From the NCBI GenBank assembly GCA_964016885.1, contig OZ024743.1, positions 335,048,001 through 335,112,000 on the forward strand: a stretch of 64,000 nucleotides of DNA, written 5' to 3'. Under the pieces are notes generated by a model, which was not told the origin of the DNA, ran no database searches, and saw only the letters and a program-made list of their open reading frames with translations. The translations under genes were made by a program, and so were the position numbers. Shown here in pieces: positions 50,263 through 63,659 of the stretch; position 1 is the stretch's first letter; the number at the start of each line of letters is the position of its first letter. This DNA is from Eledone cirrhosa. Taxonomy: Eukaryota.

Positions 50263-51544
50263 ATATATTCTCTTCATATTAACATACTAACCATACTCCC
50301 ACACACACATAACACCCATACACACACATACAAGACACACATAACTCCCTCCCCCATTTCTACTAATAGAATCACTTTCTTACACACACATACACACACA
50401 CAATATATATATTCTCTTCATCTTAACATGTTAGCCATACTCCCACACACACCTACACCCATACACACACCTAACACCTATACACACACATACCACCCCC
50501 CACACACAACTCCCTTCTCCATTTCTACTAATAGAATCACTTTCCTACATACATATACACACACACAAAATATATATATTCTCTCCATCTTAACATACTC
50601 CCACACACATATAACACCCACATACACACAACTCCCTCCCGCATTTCTACTAATAGAATAATCTTCCTATACACACACACAAACAGACCCCCCCCCACAC
50701 ACACACAAGCACACAAATAAACATACATATCTTTACTTTCTTTATTTCAATAGAAAATCTGAATTCTGACACCCCAGCGAACCAACCATATTCACTGAAC
50801 CAGAACAATTCTCCCATCCCATTTCTTTTGACCATTATCTTTTGCTTGTCATAAAATTCTCTAAAAGGCTACAAAATAAATTCCCAAATACGGGCGCGCA
50901 ATTTAATGAATTTGTTCACGTAACAGTCATAATTTCATTTATAACCAATAAAATTATATTTATTAAACAAAGGCTTCGTGAGCCACTTTTTTTTAAAGTA
51001 AAAAGAAATTCAAACAAACTTACACGAAAGCTGATATACTTAGTCACGTGACTACATCAACCAACCAAACTTCACTCATATATAAAAAACCAACCTGCTA
51101 TATTCACTGAACCAGAACAATTCTCCCATCCCATTTCTCTTGACCTTTATCTCAAGTTTGTCATAAAATTCTCTAAAAGGCTACAAAATATATTCCCAAA
51201 TTCGGGCGCAAAATTTAATGAACTTGTTCACGCGACAGCCATAATTTCATTTATAACCAATCAAATTACATTTATTAAAAAAAAAAGCCTTCGTGAGCTC
51301 CACCTTTTTTAAGTAAAAAGAAATTCAAACACTCATATATGAAAAAACAACCTGAGCCCCCCCCCCTTGTTTGAAGAACTTTGTAACGCAAACTGGCGCG
51401 AAATTTATCATACTTATTGACCAACCAATCAATTTACTTCTTAAAAAACCTGGCGTTTCGAGCCACTTTTTTACATATAAAACAAGTAACATTCAAAGAC
51501 CAACCAGATGTGAGAAAAACCACAGACCCTCCATCTCAACTCTA

Positions 51545-51580
51545 CTTTTGAAAAGCAGAAGAACTGCGAAACCGGTAAAG
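51545..51580 (+). ncRNA. Minimal type I hammerhead, U3-A8 core variant
   Basis: CTT-TTGAAAA-GCAG-aagaa-CTGC-GAA-ACCGGT-A-AAG; palindromic stem III, GUA site. Confidence 0.75.
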
Positions 51581-51959
51581 GAACCAAATAAATATATATA
51601 TATATTTTAAAATAAGATTCCAGTTGCTTTTTCGATTTCATCTTTCTTTCTTTATACTTTCACTCGTGTAGGACACCTCGGTTATTTTTCATTTTGTAAA
51701 GAAAACCTCACTTTCTAATATATATATATAAATATAAGCTATTCGGATTTTCAGTCGGATAATTTCTCACGAATGAAACAGTTCTAGTCCTATAGAAGGT
51801 TTTCTATATTAAACATGGATATGTAAATATATATATATATATATATAGTAATAATAATAGTAATAATAATAAAATTGAAGACTAAAATCCAAAGAGGGCT
51901 CGATAAGGAAAATATATATCAAATATATAAGAACCGAAGAGCAAATCTGTTATTTTAAT

Positions 51960-51961
51960 AA

Positions 51962-52033
<72 letters not shown>

Positions 52034-52163
52034 AGATGTACACATATAATTACATATATATGCATATATACAGACATATATATACACACATATATATACA
52101 TATATATACACATATATATATACATATATATACACATATATATATACGTATATATATACACAC

Positions 52164-52208
<45 letters not shown>

Positions 52209-52217
52209 TATACACAC

Positions 52218-52248
<31 letters not shown>

Positions 52249-52265
52249 CATATATATATACACAC

Positions 52266-52298
<33 letters not shown>

Positions 52299-52377
52299 CA
52301 CATCTATAGACATATATATATATACATATATATATACATCTATAGACATATATATATATATACATATATATATACAT

Positions 52378-52409
<32 letters not shown>

Positions 52410-52420
52410 ATGTATATATC
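51960..52420. repeat. (TA)n/(TACA) compound microsatellite
   Basis: Visible runs. Confidence 0.95.
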
Positions 52421-52596
52421 ATCATCACCATCGTTTAACGTCCATCTTCCAAGAAAAAAAGGGGTATAATCCCCTATAATCTCCCACCACGACCACCCCA
52501 AATAACTGAAAGCTGTCCCTTATAGATGCTACAAATTTAATTGTGTATATATATATCTATACATACACACATACACTAATATATATATACACATGC

Positions 52597-52674
<78 letters not shown>

Positions 52675-52782
52675 GTATATGTCGTATGGTGGTATGCCGG
52701 TTGAGCACTCTATGCTCCCTCTGAGCAGAATATGTTAATATGGAAAACGAAGAATCAGTGATGCATCGGAACACAATTTATT

Positions 52783-52875
52783 ACGTATTACAATTGTTTC
52801 TCCGGCGAACAGCTCGAGGTATGAGCTGTTTGTGGATCGAACCTGACTCTCGATTCGCAAGTTCCTCAGATACGT
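52783..52875 (-). ncRNA. Type I hammerhead ribozyme with branched stem II
   Basis: Stem I ACGTAT/ATACGT, CTGAGGA, GCGA/TCGC base with TCGA/TCGA and ACAGCTC/GAGCTGT hairpins, GAA-ACAATTGT-A; lies in repeat 52680-52885 (partial copy 57678-57825). Confidence 0.8.
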
Positions 52876-52889
52876 CTAGTGCTTCGAAA

Positions 52890-53289
<400 letters not shown>

Positions 53290-53655
53290 CATACATATAT
53301 ATATTCAAATATATATGTATTTATATCGATACATACGTGCATAAGTGTGTATATAACGTTTGTAAGACTTGCGGACACTTAGTACCAGGTTAGTAGAGTA
53401 AAATATAATACAATCAGTAAGCAAGGGAACGGAAGGGGTTACTTGAGGTAAAAGTCACGTCTAAATATATCTTCATACTCAGATGAAGATGTGGAGTGTG
53501 ATATTCTTTTGGATTTTGTTTTTATATATTTGTTGTTAAAATTTGAAAATGTATTTCAAGAGTTATAAATTGCATGAAAACAAATCTCAGGTTATTTGCT
53601 GTTAGTCATGGAGCTATAAGATATAACGTTGCAGTGACTTTGCCTCCAAGCTATG

Positions 53656-53770
<115 letters not shown>

Positions 53771-53935
53771 TATAAATATATACATATATACACACACACT
53801 CCCCCCTACACACCACCCCTGCTCCCCACACACACCACATACACGCACACACATATATATATCAATGATATTAAATAAATGGAACTATATTTATAAAACC
53901 ATATTTATAAAACCACAGTTAAACTATCCCTTTTG

Positions 53936-53972
<37 letters not shown>

Positions 53973-54042
53973 CCTCGTCCGACGAACGAATGAAGACGTT
54001 TCTTTCGTATTCGCTTTATTCGGGAAACCTCTGGTAATGAGG
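53973..54042 (+). ncRNA. Type I hammerhead ribozyme with CCGACGA (U4C) core
   Basis: Stem I CCTCGT/ATGAGG, stem II CGAATGAAG/CTTTATTCG, GAA-ACC-tct-GGT-A. Confidence 0.75.
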
Positions 54043-54329
54043 TAATTATATTGTATTGTTTTTTATACATTAAATTTTGCTCTGGTACTTACATAGAGCA
54101 CTCTTCACTCCTATGACTTTTTCTGTTTTCAACGGAAACTTCAATACTTATATATATATAAATATATATACATATATAAATGGACTAATTATTACATTCA
54201 TTGGTTAATGGTACATTCTTTATAATGATGAAAGTAATATATTTAAAGAAATAAAATAATAGAGAAAAAAGAGGAAGGTTGAAGGATAGGACAAACTGTA
54301 CACACGTAGCTGGTCAGTATATCTCAGCT

Positions 54330-54575
54330 CAAGCTGGCGGAGGAGATGGTAAAATCATTGCTGTGGAGAAGATCCAGCGATATCCACTTCATTAGCCGCT
54401 TCACCTGACGAGGCATCTTCTTCAAACAAGATGCACTCTTCCAAATTTTATCGAAAAAAGTGGCAGTTCAGGTTATACTGTGAGTCTCAACGACGATTGG
54501 CACTCAGTAAAGTCTCAGTATATAGATGTCTTCAGATTTTCTGCGTTACGAGTGGCAGTGTCCGTGTTTGTAGCA
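54330..54575 (-). mobile_element. CRE-like RLE 3' fragment (old)
   Basis: AENLKTSIY..VPIVVET...RLMKWISLDL. Confidence 0.5.
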
Positions 54576-55395
54576 TATAATTGTTATAGTGTTTTTGGCG
54601 TATAATTATGATACACTATTGTGAAGGATGATTGCTATAGAGGCTTGAGGAACATCTTGACATAAAACAGTGGAGTGTAATATGCTACTATAATTTCTTA
54701 ATCTGATCACTTCAGCCTTGCCTCTGCTTTACCTAAAACCAGTAACAGTAGTCAATTACATAACTAGCAATATACAAAACAACACTTTTTTCTATCTATC
54801 AAATTACAAACGTATTTAGGTGTAAGAATTCAAGGTAATTCTTAAAATTTATGATCACTGTCATTGGATACGAAACGACAATGTAAAATAAAAAAAAGGC
54901 AAAATAATTTACGCCGATTATAATATAATATTTTTCATCACTGTAAAATGTTACAATGTGTTAAAGCAGAGTTGACATGTGTTCATGTTAGCATTAATCA
55001 TCTAAATCATTTTGCTGCGGCAATGTAACATGGTTTCTGCTATAGGATGTAGTCAAATGTTTTCAAATAGCTTTTAGTGAATTCGATTGGGCCACTACCA
55101 TAATTACTTTGAAGTGAAACATTAAACTAACCCAATGATTGATGTTGTCCGTCAGCTAAAATAGGTTTCTTATTTCTATTCTAAAATTTCATGAATTGTG
55201 AAATTACCTTACCAAGAGCATTTGAGGGAAGCTGTCTATCATCATCTGTAAATTTTAAAACGTTGCTGATAATAACGAAACGGTAAGAAAGGAAATAACT
55301 AGATGTTATATTAAATACATTTCTGTTAAAATGTTTGCGTTAATTCACACATATTTGTAGCTATACACACACACACACACACACACAGATCCCCC

Positions 55396-55442
<47 letters not shown>

Positions 55443-55444
55443 GT

Positions 55445-55516
55445 GATGTGTTGGTGTAAATGGTATCACAGTGGTCCGGATAACCAAAGATGTGGGTTCG
55501 ACTCCCATGTACGTCA
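55445..55516 (+). pseudogene. tRNA-like cloverleaf (tRNA pseudogene or SINE head)
   Basis: Acceptor GATGTGT/GTACGTC, A-box TGGTGTAAATGG, T-arm GTGGG-TTCGACT-CCCAT; anticodon arm irregular. Confidence 0.55.
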
Positions 55517-55709
55517 ATACTCATCTTTTTCCATTTCTCCGAGGGTTCTTAACTCCACTATCAGGCTAAATAATTTCTTTAATTTCTTTAGTCAAAATAC
55601 GGCGATAGCTAACATTTCTAATAATTTCAAATCCACTCGCTGTTTCGAAAATATTCTTACTATATATATATATATATATATAGTTTGTGTGTGTATATAT
55701 ATATGGGAA

Positions 55710-55945
55710 TTGCTCTGTATAATCAGTTCCTGATTATTACTGGAATTCTATAAGAATCCAGCTTCTATAATTTTCGGCGGAAGCAGGGGGTGCGTGGCTC
55801 TGAAGATCGCCAGCCAACGTGAAACAGACTGTTACTTCTCTACTTTCTTTCGCCGAAAAGAAGTAAGTGACATAGTCGATACTTTAAAACCAGTAGCGTA
55901 TGGTCTTCTAAATGTTTTAAATTAAACATACGGTATATTGCCAAG
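55710..55945 (+). mobile_element. Diverged copy of the 28286 hammerhead family
   Basis: GCTCTGTATAATCAGTTCCTGATTATTAC...CTGAAGA(55800)...GAAACAGACTGT...GGTATATTGCCAA. Confidence 0.75.
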
Positions 55946-56386
55946 TCACCTTACTGCTGTCCTCTTTCTCTCTCCCCCTTCTCTCTCCTTCACCTCTTGC
56001 TTTCCACCACTCCCGCGGCTGGCCCCTTCCTCACACTTTCACTCACCCCCTCTCTCACTTCCTCCCGTCTGACCTGCGTGAAATATTCTTTCCTCTCTCA
56101 CGCTTCTCGTAGCTTAGACGCGTCTGTTTCTTCTCGTCGTTTGATTTGTCGGACTTAAGCCCACCAGATTCATTGACTTGTCTCTATTTACCTCTCTTTA
56201 CGTTGCATTACTACCATCTTGTTTGTTTCCTTTCCTCTGTTTCCCTCTGTCCCGATAACTTAATTTAGTTATCGCTCGTACTGATTTTAGGTATGTAGTC
56301 TTTAATGCGAAGAAATACCAATGAGAATCAGCAGACTACTGATGACGGACATTCTTGTTTCTCAGTCTATTTATATATATACATAT

Positions 56387-56432
<46 letters not shown>

Positions 56433-56779
56433 TTGTTTATTTATATATAAACAATATCATCACGAAAATCTTGCGCACTCTTGCGGCCGAAGCTCTAGCG
56501 GAGCTTGTCCGGCTGCTCCCTCTATGTACCAGTTTCCGTCGGGACTTCGGTCATCCTCGGACTCCGAACAGCTAACCTCCTCCATAAAATCGGATCGATA
56601 GCATCCCGTCTGAGGAAGGAGTCCAGCGATGTTGTGTGGCTGTTGCAAATGCTGCAAATGCAGAATCTCTCAGCCTCTCACTCTCTTCCGTTTTCCGTTT
56701 CTTTCTACCTTCCCCTAGTAGTCCCTGTGACCTCCCCCCGGTCCGTTTATGGTATTTCTAGTCCCTTCCAATGCTGATT

Positions 56780-56990
56780 TATCATCATCAGCATCGTTTA
56801 ACGTCCATCTTCCACGCTAGCATGGGTTAGACGGTTTTGTTCCATTTGATGCGAGAATGGTCGGGAGACCATGTCCCGCTTGCACGGAAGCGTCTCTGGC
56901 AGGTTTTTTACGGCTGGATGCCCTTCCTAACACCAACCACATTTACAGTGTGGACTGGGAGCCTTTTCACCGTGTCTCCTACACGACCAC
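56780..56990. mobile_element. SINE/LINE-related interspersed repeat
   Basis: CATCGTTTAACGTCCATCTTCCA (also at 52430) ... GGCTGGATGCCCTTCCTAAC. Confidence 0.55.
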
Positions 56991-57094
56991 CTTATAGGGA
57001 GGACTGTTGTGTCATCGACACAGTGGACGGAGTGGGAGAGGGAGAGTGGGTAGGGTGTGGCGCTGAGGTGTACATTGAGTTGAGAGGTGCCTAC

Positions 57095-57205
57095 TGACTG
57101 TAGGTTTGTATGCAATAGTAGTCGGGTCTTCTGTACAACTGCATGCCGCCAAAGGTCTCGATCCAGTATCATTGTCTTAGATAGGTGTAGGTTGGCAAGG
57201 TCAGT
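57095..57205 (-). mobile_element. RTE-type LINE extreme 3' end
   Basis: DLANLHLSKTMILDRDLWRHAV. Confidence 0.55.
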
Positions 57206-58236
57206 TTTATAGTTATATTAATTGGAATCTTTTTCAAAGTAGATTTTAACAGAAGATAAATTGCTCAAATCTAGTAATAATAATCAAATAAGATTGTTTC
57301 TTGTGTTTGTAAACACAAACTTTCAGCAGTTCGTATAGCACACATATACACATAAACACACGTACACATACACACATTCACATACACATACGCACAAAAA
57401 CACACACACACAGCCTATTTTAAAGGAGTCATCTCTCCTACTGTCCTTGAACTGGAAACCACTAAAGATGTCTCTTACTCTATGGACAGCGTTTTCGCTT
57501 GTATCAGACACTGTACCGTTGGTAGGGGTTAAAACTGAAAACACCATGTGTTTTTAATTTGTATTTTTATTTTCAAAAATAATTTTTAAAGGTTTTCTCT
57601 CCAAGAAATTATTTTTCCTTTTGCCTTGTTTTCGTGGGTAGTCTTTCCTTTGTTAATTTTCCTAAGTTTATATATACGTCGTATGGTTGCAAGGATGCGT
57701 CCATAGGCGGTATGCCGGTAGAGCACTCTATGCTCCTACGGAACAGAGTATGATAAAATGGAAAACGAATTATCAGTTATGCATCGAAACACAATATATT
57801 AGGTATTACAATTGTTTCTCCGGCGATTGTTTCTTTGTCAAGGTAGAATTCTAGGAGAAGGAAAACTCTGATATAACATCTGCAACCCTAATGGTATCCA
57901 ATGATGTTGACTTGTTCTTCTTTTTGGTAAATATCATCTTGGTTAAGAGAGTGGGACTGGCTTTGTGCAGTGCCTTTGCTCACTATAAAAGCTTCACGGC
58001 ACAGGCATTGCTTTATGTCTGGAGATCTCTCTGCACTTGTCGTCACATGGTGCCATGGGCCCAGCACTATGTGTCAATAATTGTCACAAGTGTAGTGTTT
58101 GTACCAGAGTTTTGAAGTCGCTGGCTGGACTAAAAAGTCACACTTGTTCAGCGCATCAGTAAGGGTTCTCCTACATGGATATAAAGTAGTGGCCGTACGC
58201 GAAAACGAGTTGGCAGCCACCATATATATATATATG

Positions 58237-58568
<332 letters not shown>

Positions 58569-58610
58569 CTTCAAAATATTAATAAATATAGATATTCATG
58601 TGATCAAATA

Positions 58611-58676
58611 TATTTTATTATACATATTTCAGAGGTACTGAGCTATTTCAACAGTACGTCCTCATCAGATAAAATA
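58611..58676 (-). ncRNA. Type I hammerhead ribozyme
   Basis: Stem I TATTTTAT/ATAAAATA, CTGATGA, stem II GGACGTACTG/CAGTACCTCT, GAA-ATATGTAT-A (quasi-palindromic stem III, AUA site). Confidence 0.8.
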
Positions 58677-59199
58677 AGTTGATGCCTGACATACCTTGAC
58701 TATGTTCATGGTTATAATTTAGTCATGGCAGTGATTTGTTATGACAAAACTCAATATTTATATACCTTAAGTTGAAACATGAAAAATTACATGTAATACA
58801 GAGGGTGCGTATGAGAATAACTAATAACATATAATACATAAACTTATATAAGTGTTAAAAATTTAAATAATAATAATATATGCATACCTCATTATTGTAG
58901 ATAGTGGAAGTGAGAGATCGCAATTCACGAGGAAAGAGAGAAAAAGAGGGAGATTTGATCATAGGAACATGAGAAGGGAGAAATGATCAAATGATAGGAA
59001 GAGGAAAATAACTTTAATCGTATAAACAAAGGGAGGAAGATATGCATTGTAACATATAAATAGCATATAATTAGATATGGGGGAAAAAATATTTAGGCAC
59101 ATGATGCGTGACCCTTTATTTTCAAACCTTAGTTAATTAGAAATAGTCGATTAATCAAATGACATCAGATTTTAAAAATTTTAAATATATATATACCAT

Positions 59200-59582
<383 letters not shown>

Positions 59583-60929
59583 GGTATCTCGGAATGGCCT
59601 CAACCAGTCGGCTGGAATACGTAAAAGAGAAAAAAACCTATATAACCTGATTGATAATTGCTATATTGTACGAGAATGTACATCTAATCCTAAATCAAAA
59701 TAACACCAAACTTTAAACTGCTATATTTATTTTCCTATTGATTTATAATTTCTTACATCTTTCCACTCAAAACATATGGCCTTAAATCTCCATTTTGCGT
59801 TCGGTTCCAATTTCCTTTTTAAGACGTTTGATCTCTGGTATTTATACCATAGAAAATATTTATCGTTAGTTTTCTATTTCAATCCAGATATATAAAGCTT
59901 TAGTTTTATTTGTTATCTTTACTTCATATTTGATTCCATTAAATGTCCATTATTGATGCTGGACATTTGTTATAAAAATATAGATATAGCCAGATAACTA
60001 ATGTTTGGTTCACTGTATTTGAAAAACAATGAGAGATGGAGAGAAACAGTTTGTGCTTGTGTGCGCATGTTTGTGTGCGTGTTTGTGTGTGAGAAACAAA
60101 AAGACCGAGAGATAAAGTAATTCGGACAAAACGGGATAATAGTGCTATATATTATACAATTGTAAATTCGTATTTGCCAATAGACAAATAAATCAACAGT
60201 AAAATTCTATAGTTAGCTATAGCGAAAGACCCAATACTCTGAACGATGCCATTAAACCCGATAATTCATGGGCTTTTTTTTTTCTACTTTACAAATCCTT
60301 TCTTCAAGTAGTAGGCAGATGGGTTATAAAATATGAATATTCAGTCCAGGTGGTATTTTCATGAGGATCAGATTGTCATATGATCCAAATCAACAAAATT
60401 ATCTAAATCATTCTTACAATTTACCAACATTTAAAGTATTCATAAATCACAAGAATCCGACAATTTTCTATCCTTCATCTAGAGATTTGTAGATACCACA
60501 CAGTGGAATGATTAAGAAGTTCTTCAATTTTTAATCCTCGAGGTTCGATCCCACTATGAGGTATCTTGGGAAAGTGCCATTTTTCATAGCTTCAGGCCGA
60601 GTCATGCCTTGTGAGGGAAATTGGGTACTCACCAGTCTTGAATAATCACGCCCCACCCCGAGCTTATTAATTTTTCAGAATTTTTCCACCACCCTTATTA
60701 CCTAGGTTAATCACCATTCTATAACTTATATTACCCTATAAATGAAGTATAAGCTTCTCTTTAATAGTAGGTCTGCTTCTATCACAAATGTTTTTACTAA
60801 ATTTTGCTATATTTGAAATTGATGGTTATATTAAACGAATGGAAAAATTGTTTAAGTCAATTTTATGGTATTTAAGTGTAAACTCACGGTTTCTAGGAGT
60901 ATATGGATCAGTATGGATTTTATATAATA

Positions 60930-61583
60930 TTAGCAGTGGTACCCAGCGTTGCACGGGATAAGGTATTTTGGAACGCGGGCCGCCAACAAACCTAATCGTG
61001 GAAAAACTGCATGCCTGGACAATATGTAAAGAAAATAAACCGAATACTCTGATGGCTGGATAATCTTTAAGATTTTCCTCGATGAAGCAGGAAAAATGCA
61101 GATTTTCATCTAATGCGGGCCCTACGGGATCAAGAAAATTAATTTTTTTTATGTGCATAATATGCCTTGAATTTTCTGGAGAATCGGCTAGACGTAACGG
61201 CTCAAAAAAGCCCTAAATAGCTGAAAAATGTAGCTTTTACACCTAATGCGGGCCCTAGGCCCGCCAAAAAGATGGATTTTCTTTGCACACGGTATGAAGA
61301 ACAGACTGATTAATATATAGTTATAATTTCAAGGAAATCGGTCTGACGTAAGGCCTCAAAGCACCCCTAAAAAGCTGAAAAAACGCAGTTTTTCACCTAA
61401 TGTGTGCCCTAGTGGATCAAAATATTGAATGTTATGAGAATAAGACTCCCTGAAACATAAGTAATACACATGTAAAGTTTTAAAAAAATTGGTTGGGTAC
61501 TTCTCGAGTTTTAGGGATTCAAAATCATAGACACACACACACACACACACACAGACAGATTTCCTCAGTTTAATATATATAGA
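60930..61583 (-). mobile_element. Non-autonomous Helitron
   Basis: Minus strand starts A|TCTATATATATTAAA plus (TG)n and ends with hairpin CCCGTGCAACGCTGGG then CTAA; internal repeats of about 130-150 bp (CTAATGCGGGCCCTA). Confidence 0.7.
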
Positions 61584-61649
61584 TATATATAATATAATAT
61601 AATATATATATAATATAATATATATATAGTATAATATATATATATATAT

Positions 61650-62832
61650 AACAATTGTTTGGAAAGAGAGATATACTTTAACTGTAATTATATCTCATAA
61701 AATAATACAACTGGTTTTTCCACATTATACATATTGTTAGCACCCCAAACACTTAAATTGGGTTTATATTTTAATAACCTAATGTTTGTTGAGTGAGATG
61801 TGTACCAGTCAGAGTTTAGCTTTAAACTATCTCTGTTATTGTATTAAATATTTACTCTTGATTGGTCAGAGGTGTTTATTTCCAGGTAACTTATGAATTT
61901 GACTTTTCGTATTTATTACTGTTGTGAAATATTGTGGCTTTTTTTGATTGTAACTTCTCTGTTTTTTAGCCTAGGAAAATATATATATATGCCTACGTAT
62001 ATAATTACATGCATATATGTATTTATTTTCTTTTATTAATTGAGTTCTTTACACGAGGAATTAATATTGGTTTTGAAATAACTAATTAACCCGCGTGTGT
62101 TTTATATTTTACTCTTAATAATTCGGCCGGAGAATTATATTCCTATTTGCCCTTTATAGCATAACTTTCTGCATTTACTGCGGTTATGAGAAGCGGTTCT
62201 TATTCGGTTACAACTTCTGATTTAGCCTAAGAAAATATCTATATGCGTGTGTAATTTATACAAGCATATATTTATTTTTTTATTTTCAATTGAGTTCTTA
62301 AACATGTTGGATTGATAATTTTTTCAAAAAAACTAATTAACCCGCGTGTATATTATTATTTTTTTCCTCTTTTCGTGGATCGTGGGTTGTCTCCCCTTCC
62401 CGCTTCGTGTCGCTATGATACTTCCTCAGTCAAAAACTGCTGGAATTTCAAATTTGGCAGTCATTCAAGGTGAGAGAGAGAACAACTTTACGGACATGAT
62501 TTTTGACAGCGGTAAGAAATTGTTTTCTTATATCAATGTTTAATGGGCTTCCACTGATGATTTATAAGTGCCCACCTAAATATATTCTTACATGAATATA
62601 TATTTGGCTTCTACATAAACTGGAAACATTCTCCCAAACTTGTAGAAAACTTATAATGAAACAATTGTTTGGAAAGAGAGATATACTTTAACTTTAATTA
62701 TATCTCATTAAATAATACAACTGGTTTTTCCACATTATACATATTGTTAGCACCCCAAACACTTAAATTGGGTTTATATTTTAATATAACTTAATGTCAG
62801 AGTTTAGCTTTAAACTATCTCTGTTATTGTAT

Positions 62833-62838
<6 letters not shown>
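61650..62838 (+). mobile_element. ORF-less hammerhead element with terminal direct repeats (period about 1010 nt)
   Basis: 61651-61850 repeated at 62661-62838; internal duplication with period of about 255 bp; (TA)n on both sides. Confidence 0.75.
62549..62674 (+). ncRNA. Type I hammerhead ribozyme with large branched stem II
   Basis: Stem I TTCCA/TGGAA, CTGATGA, stem II TTATAAGT/ACTTATAA enclosing two hairpins, GAA-ACAATTGT-T (GUU site). Confidence 0.8.
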
Positions 62839-62893
<55 letters not shown>

Positions 62894-63031
62894 ATATATA
62901 TGTATATATTTATATATAATATATATACATACATATATATACATATATAATATATATGTACTTATAACTTTGATAACTTTGATAGGTTTCGGCCAGTATT
63001 AGCCCGGGCTGTGTCTAACTTAATAGCACCA

Positions 63032-63172
<141 letters not shown>

Positions 63173-63174
63173 TT

Positions 63175-63222
<48 letters not shown>

Positions 63223-63315
63223 ATAGATGTATAATATATATATATATAATATATGTATATATATTATATATACACATATATAAGAATTATATATATATAT
63301 ATATTATCTATCTAT

Positions 63316-63600
63316 CTAGGGCTGGTAAAATTCCGGAGATCCATGGACGAGTTCTCTCCAGCGGTCTCTATCCTTCATTATCGCTGCCATGTCCTGCGTC
63401 TCCAACAGACTAGTGTCTGTCCTTAGGGCATCAACATACCTTAACCTTGGTTTTCCTCTTCCAGTGTGTCCATGTAGTAGCTCCCACAGGAGCACTGAGT
63501 GCAATGTCAACCCTGGATGGAAACTCTGCTTCGTAGAATCGAGACATATCTGAGGATATTGCGATTTAGAGTGAGGTTTGATCATTGCATCGATCGTGCC
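63316..63600 (-). mobile_element. RTE LINE 3' end
   Basis: VLLWELLHGHTGRGKPRLRYVD.L..DT...MKDRDRWRELV. Confidence 0.8.
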
Positions 63601-63659
63601 TCGAGCTTGTCACCAGGGAAACTATTGTAATATGTCTAATAAATCTTAGTCGTCGCACC

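Larger units (their letters stand above)
46866..51718 (+). mobile_element. Neptune-type Penelope-like retroelement, 5'-truncated, inserted in (TA)n
   Basis: RT + Cys-rich linker + GIY-YIG, long repetitive 3' UTR, terminal hammerhead. Confidence 0.9.

Noticed and set aside
56339-56368. CTGATGA after a pyrimidine-rich UTR-like tract
   Set aside because: Cut off by (TA)n before any GAAA; at most a 5' half-hammerhead, so not listed as a feature
56460-56777. Short GC-richer ORFs on both strands
   Set aside because: No motif, splice context or recognisable homology
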